From Octopus sinensis (taxonomy: Eukaryota): DNA of 64,000 nucleotides. Position 1 is the stretch's first letter, and the number at the start of each line of letters is the position of its first letter. Under the pieces are notes generated by a model. The model did no database searches. It was not told where the DNA came from and saw only the letters and a list, made by a program, of their open reading frames with translations. Position numbers and translations under genes: made by a program. This document shows positions 58,299-64,000 of this stretch, piece by piece. The stretch is from positions 558,001 to 622,000 of the forward strand of contig NC_043015.1 in assembly GCF_006345805.1 (NCBI RefSeq). Direction: 5' to 3'.

Positions 58299-59440
58299 TG
58301 ATATATAATAGAAAAACCCGTTACATACAATCCACAAAAAGCTGTTGAATATAGGAATACAAAAACGATTCACAAGATAGCTTGAAAAGACAGAGAGAGA
58401 GAGAGAGAGAGACAGATCAAAGAAAGAGAGACAGAAAAAAGTAGTGAGAGAGAGACAGGGAAAGAGAGTGAAAGGGAAAGTGTGAGTGAGGCAGAATAAA
58501 TAACATTGAGAGAAAAAGAAGAAGAAAAAACGAACGCATGAAATAATGAGGATTATAACACAAAAAGATCTAAATGAATGAAAAGTTTACAGATTTGTGT
58601 ATAGTAAGGTAACGGACAAGCTAGCTGACTGACATATAAACTGACGGTGTGATTGACTCAACAATTACTATTTACAATTGATTAAAACTACAATAACATT
58701 TGTTAAACAAAAGAGCGAACGCTTTCATAAATTTGTTAGACTACATAAAGACGTTCGTAACAGGCATAAAACAAAACGCGAAGGGAAATGTCTCACACGT
58801 ATAAAAAAGCGCACGCATACACGTATGTAGATGGGTGCGTAGCCGCACACGTATTAAACGCTCGTGCGCGCGCAAAAGCGTGTGTATTTACGTTCACACA
58901 CATATACGCTCAAGTTGGAATTACATACGCAAATATACTCATTCGTTCATTCACTCATACATTCATTCATATAAACAAACATATGACTGAAAGAAACATC
59001 AATAGAAACTGAAAAAAAAAAAGGTGAAATATGTACAACCGAGTTTGCATTAAAAATAAAACAGGACGAAATGCGTATATGAGTGTGTATACATACACAT
59101 ACACACACACATATGTATATATACATACACACACATATGTATATATACATACACACACACATACACACACACATATGTATATATACATACACACATACAC
59201 ACATACACACATACACACACACATACACACATACACAATACACACACACACACACACACTCACACAAACACATTTGTGCAAGTATTTACAACCATACACA
59301 TTTCTATAAGTCTCTGGGTATCTATTTTATATATATATAGGTATATATATAAATATATTTATCTATCTATCTATCTTCTATCTATCTATCTATCTATCTA
59401 TCTATGTATTTATGATGTCTATCTAACTATATGTATGTGC

Positions 59441-59517
<77 letters not shown>

Positions 59518-59582
59518 GTATATATATATATATATGTATGTGCATATATATATATATATGTATATGTATATATATTTTTGTA

Positions 59583-59653
<71 letters not shown>

Positions 59654-60439
59654 GTATATATGTTTTTATGAATGTATATATATGTATTTATCAATATTCG
59701 TAATTGTTTGTTGCTGGTATGTAGGTATACAGACTCCGAACACACTAATGTTGTTATAACGTATCAGAGACAAAAGTCTATTAACAAAAACAAAACAAAA
59801 AAAAACCCCAAACAAACGAGAAAAAAAAAAGAACCAAAAACGAAAGAAACAAAAAAAACCAGCTATTATCACGCTGAAAAAGCAACCATTCTACATAGTT
59901 CTGACTTCCATCGTAACTAAGTTACCGAATATTAGACCTCGGGTTCCCGACCATTATGTTTAACATGTGTTGAAATGATTAATATATTTTTTGAAGCTCA
60001 AACTGTACTGCTTGTCTATTGTGGTGTGATCAATGCTGTTTTGTATGATAAATCGTTGTGTTAAATTATGTGTCCGTGTGCCTGTATATGGAAGTATATT
60101 AAAATGTCTATCGCTGCCTTGCGCTATATGTATGTATATACGTATGTATGTATGCATGTATATATATGCATGTATGTATGTATATATGCGATTGTATGTA
60201 TCTATGTATACGTGCATGCATGTTTCTCTCCCCCTCTTTCTCTCTTTATATTACAAACACACACACACACACATTGATTTTGTATTCGGATAACAAGATT
60301 CTTCATGTGAACTCGAGTATTGAAACATTTTGTTCAGACTCGGGAGAGTAATAATGTCAATAATAAATCAACACACTCCGGTTCTATTTAATAGCAAATA
60401 TATATGTATTAATACATGTATGTATGTACATATATATAT

Positions 60440-60503
<64 letters not shown>

Positions 60504-60512
60504 ATATATGTA

Positions 60513-60545
<33 letters not shown>

Positions 60546-60657
60546 CAATCTATCTATCTATTTTATATATATATAAACATATACACAGGCACCCACACGT
60601 ATATATACATATATATATATATAGATATAGATATAGATAGATACATACATATACATA

Positions 60658-60724
<67 letters not shown>

Positions 60725-61201
60725 CATACATATATATATATATATATTGAAATTGAGAGAGAGAAAAAGAATGAAGATATAGAGTGAGAGAGAGAGAATG
60801 AGAAGAAAAGACGTATTTTAAAAATCCGGGCAGATATCAGTAAATCATTCATATATCGCGCTTAGTGCAATGATAATGCGGTAACAACATGATTTGTACA
60901 CAGAACGTAAAGGAGGGGATTAAGTATTGAAAGTTCATTTTCCGACCTCATAAAGCAGTTTCATTTCTTAAGAAAATCGTTGTAAAACACTGAGAGAAAA
61001 AGAAAGTCTATAGGTTATTGTAAGTAGTATCAATATAGTTTAAGATGAGTATCGTTAGTACGTTTTGTGTTCCCTTTCGAGCACAATACCCACCCGGGGT
61101 AATTCTGTATTGAAAACATTTGTGAAATAAAGTACCAACAAGGTACAGCTGTTGAGAGAATCAGTTACCTGAAAATTGCTGGCCTTGTGATAAATTGAGT
61201 A

Positions 61202-61242
<41 letters not shown>

Positions 61243-61243
<1 letters not shown>

Positions 61244-61796
61244 GAGTGAGAGAGCAGTTCATGCCATCAAAGTGACACTGGGGTAAAATATACGAAGCCC
61301 AATATACCCATCATGACTACCCGTCTGATAAAGGTACACCAGGCACATGCATCACAACCATATGTGCGCGACATGGTAATCTCATATCAAGATAAACAGC
61401 ACATGACCTTGCAGGTGGGGCCCAGTTAGAATTTTCTTCAGGTTGAGTAGCCCATCCCGCTCAAACGGTCCCTGAATAAGGGTTGTTTAAGGATGTTGAA
61501 AGAACCACCCATGTTTCCAGAGGTGAACTATTCAAACCCCAAAGAATCCCTCTCAACACATGGCTATGATGCTCCCCCACTACTTCTGCTCGTGATCAGA
61601 GATGCACATATCGTCAGCCACTAAGGACATGCTCAACTGGTTACGGTCAAACAACTGACAAGCAAATCTGTGGTATTGAGCAGAATATTTGCTGTAGCCC
61701 ATCTTTTATACCAAGACAAAACAATGTACATGTTAACACTTCCAATCAGTTAAGATCAGAAGCCATGAGAGCCACTGCCTGGTACTGCATCAGGGC

Positions 61797-61800
<4 letters not shown>
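61243..61800 (-). mobile_element. Family T element, apparently full length (~558 bp), (ATT)n on both sides
   Basis: Element strand begins AAATGCCCTGATGCAGTACCAGGCAG and ends GCTCTCTCACTCA|ATAATAAT. Confidence 0.92.
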
Positions 61801-61834
<34 letters not shown>

Positions 61835-61845
61835 TATTATTATTA

Positions 61846-61898
<53 letters not shown>

Positions 61899-61952
61899 TA
61901 TTATTATTATTATTATTATTTATTATTATTATTATTATCATTACTGAGAGAT

Positions 61953-62486
61953 TGAGAGAGAGAGAGCAGCGCATGCTATCAAAGTGACACTGAAGTAAGA
62001 TATAGGAAGCCTAGTATACCCATCATGACTACCCGTTTGATAAGAGTACACCAGGCACATGCCTCATAACCATATGTGCGCGACAGAGTGATCTCATACC
62101 AAGATAAACAGCACATGACCTTGCAGGTAGGGCCCAGTTAGAATTTTCTTCAGGTCAAGGAGCCCATCTCGCTCAAAATGTTCATGAATAAGGGCTGCTT
62201 AAGGATGTTGAACGAAACACCCATGTTTCTAGAGGTGAATTATCCAAACGCCCCAAATTTCCTCTCAACACATGGCTATGATGCTCCCCCACTACTGCTG
62301 CTCGGGATCAGATTCACATATCGTCAGCCACCAAATGACATGCTCAGCTGATTAAGGCCAAATAAATGGCAAGCAAATCTGTGGTATTGAGCAGAATATT
62401 TTATACCCATCTTTTATACTAAGACAAAACAATGTACCTGATAACACTTCCAATCACTTAAGATGAGAAGCCTGGTACTGCATCAG
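61953..62486 (-). mobile_element. Family T element, near full length, more diverged, tandem to the previous copy
   Basis: GCAGCGCATGCTATCAAAGTGACAC...CCTGGTACTGCATCA|GTAATATTATT. Confidence 0.88.
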
Positions 62487-62603
62487 TAATATTATTATTA
62501 TGATTATGATTATTATTATTATTATAATTATTATTATTAGTAGTAGTAGTATTAGTAGTAGTAGTAGCAGCAGCAGCAGTAGCAGTAGTAGTGGTAGTAG
62601 TAA

Positions 62604-62637
<34 letters not shown>

Positions 62638-62876
62638 CAAATTACTGTAACACAAAACGTTGAATTTGAATCATGGTTAGTTCGCCTGGCAAAATGTTTA
62701 GCAGCTATTTGTCTATCTTTACATTCTGAATTCAAATTCAAGTTAGATCTACCCTGCCCCTCAATTTTTCTGGATCGATGAAATAGTAGCCTTCTCCAAA
62801 ATTTTAGGCTGCATGCTTTTCGAAGATAAGGTTTTAATCATTGTTCTTGTTGTTGTGTGATAAGTAGCTTGCTGTG

Positions 62877-63236
62877 TGTGGCTGCGTGGTAAGTAGTTTG
62901 CTTACGACCACATGGTTCAGGGTTCAGTCCCACTGCGTGGCACCTTGGGCAAGTATCTTCTACTATAGCCTCGGGCCGATCAAAGCCTTGTTAGTGGATT
63001 TGGTAGACGGAAACTGAAGGATGCCCGTATATGTTTGTGTGTCTGTGTTTGTCTCCCCACCATCACTTGATAACCGATGCTGGGGTGTTTACGTCCCCGT
63101 AACTTAGCAGTTCGGCAAAAGAGAAAGATAGAATAAGTACTAGGCTTACAAAAATAAGTCCTGGGGTAGATTTCTTCGACTAAAGGCGGTGCATCAGCAT
63201 GGCCGCAGTGAAATGCCTGAAACAAATAAAAGAGTA
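62877..63236 (+). mobile_element. SINE-B, near full length
   Basis: GTGGCTGCGTGGTAAGTAG...GGGTTCAGTCCCACTGCGTGGCACCTTGGGCAAG...GAAACAAATAAAAGAGT. Confidence 0.88.
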
Positions 63237-64000
63237 TCCGGTTGTTTTAGTTCAATAATGAAACCACGAAACCAAATAGGAACAAAACAAAGGAAAAATT
63301 AAGAGAGCCAAGACGCCGAGGCTTTCAAGAAACACACCAAAATATATACTCTCAAACCAATTGACACATAAGCAAAAATAACTGCGAAAGTTGCGATTGA
63401 ATACGCATAAACATTCTCGCAAGTTTTTGTACATTTGTGTGTGTGTATATGTGTGTGCGTGTAACCCTCAAACACCACTTCAGAGCTTGGTTGCTATTCA
63501 ATTTCTGATCAATTGACATTTGACATAGCATCTCGATTAAGTTGAGTAACGGGTGTCTATTTAACAATGATCTGAGAAACGCAAAGAAAGAAAATAGTTA
63601 AACACCATATAACAACCAGAACAGTGATAAAGAAACCACCGACAACAACTGTTAGACCAAAGACATCAGGAAAATAAACAGGACAACGGCAACAACAACA
63701 AAGGCCATCAGTATCATATATACACATATATAAACAAATTGGAAATAGTATAAAAAAAGTATTTCAAAACTATACATAGAAATAATGGAATGAAAAGAAG
63801 AACAATGATAAGGTCAACAACATAAAAATTATTTTAATAACAAATTCGAAATTAACAATGATATTTTCGTTTTTTTTACCAGAAAAGGTTTATAGGACAA
63901 AGCGTTTGAAGAAATTATTTGATATGTATAACTAAATATGCGAACGTATTTGTGTGTGTGTGTGAGACGCAGCTGTGTGCATGTATGTATGTTTATATAT

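Overview
AT-rich, microsatellite-saturated eukaryotic DNA, intronic or intergenic. The SINE and LINE families present point to a coleoid cephalopod, most likely Octopus (inference from recalled family features, no database search run). No complete host gene, RNA gene or prokaryotic feature is supportable. Almost all listed ORFs are translated (TA)n/(TAA)n/(TATC)n/(GAA)n repeats. The real content is transposable elements: three tRNA-derived SINE families, LINE fragments of the R4/Dong, L1/Tx1, RTE and CR1/L2 groups, three mariner relics, a short Helitron and two Penelope-like ends carrying a hammerhead-like motif. The most striking pattern is several independent retroelement families each tied to its own microsatellite in a fixed orientation. 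A Tx1-type LINE has 3 copies that all end at AATAAAGAA(A/G)CA|TATCT. Dong/R4 fragments and a ~560-bp non-coding element (5 copies) sit in or next to (TAA)n. An RTE 3' end sits in (TATG)n. Other highlights: an 18-unit 70/71-bp minisatellite born inside a mariner transposase gene, a perfect 32-bp-stem hairpin within a SINE array, and a candidate 99-nt minus-strand exon of an unidentified host gene. TE boundaries are read by eye and approximate unless terminal motifs are quoted.
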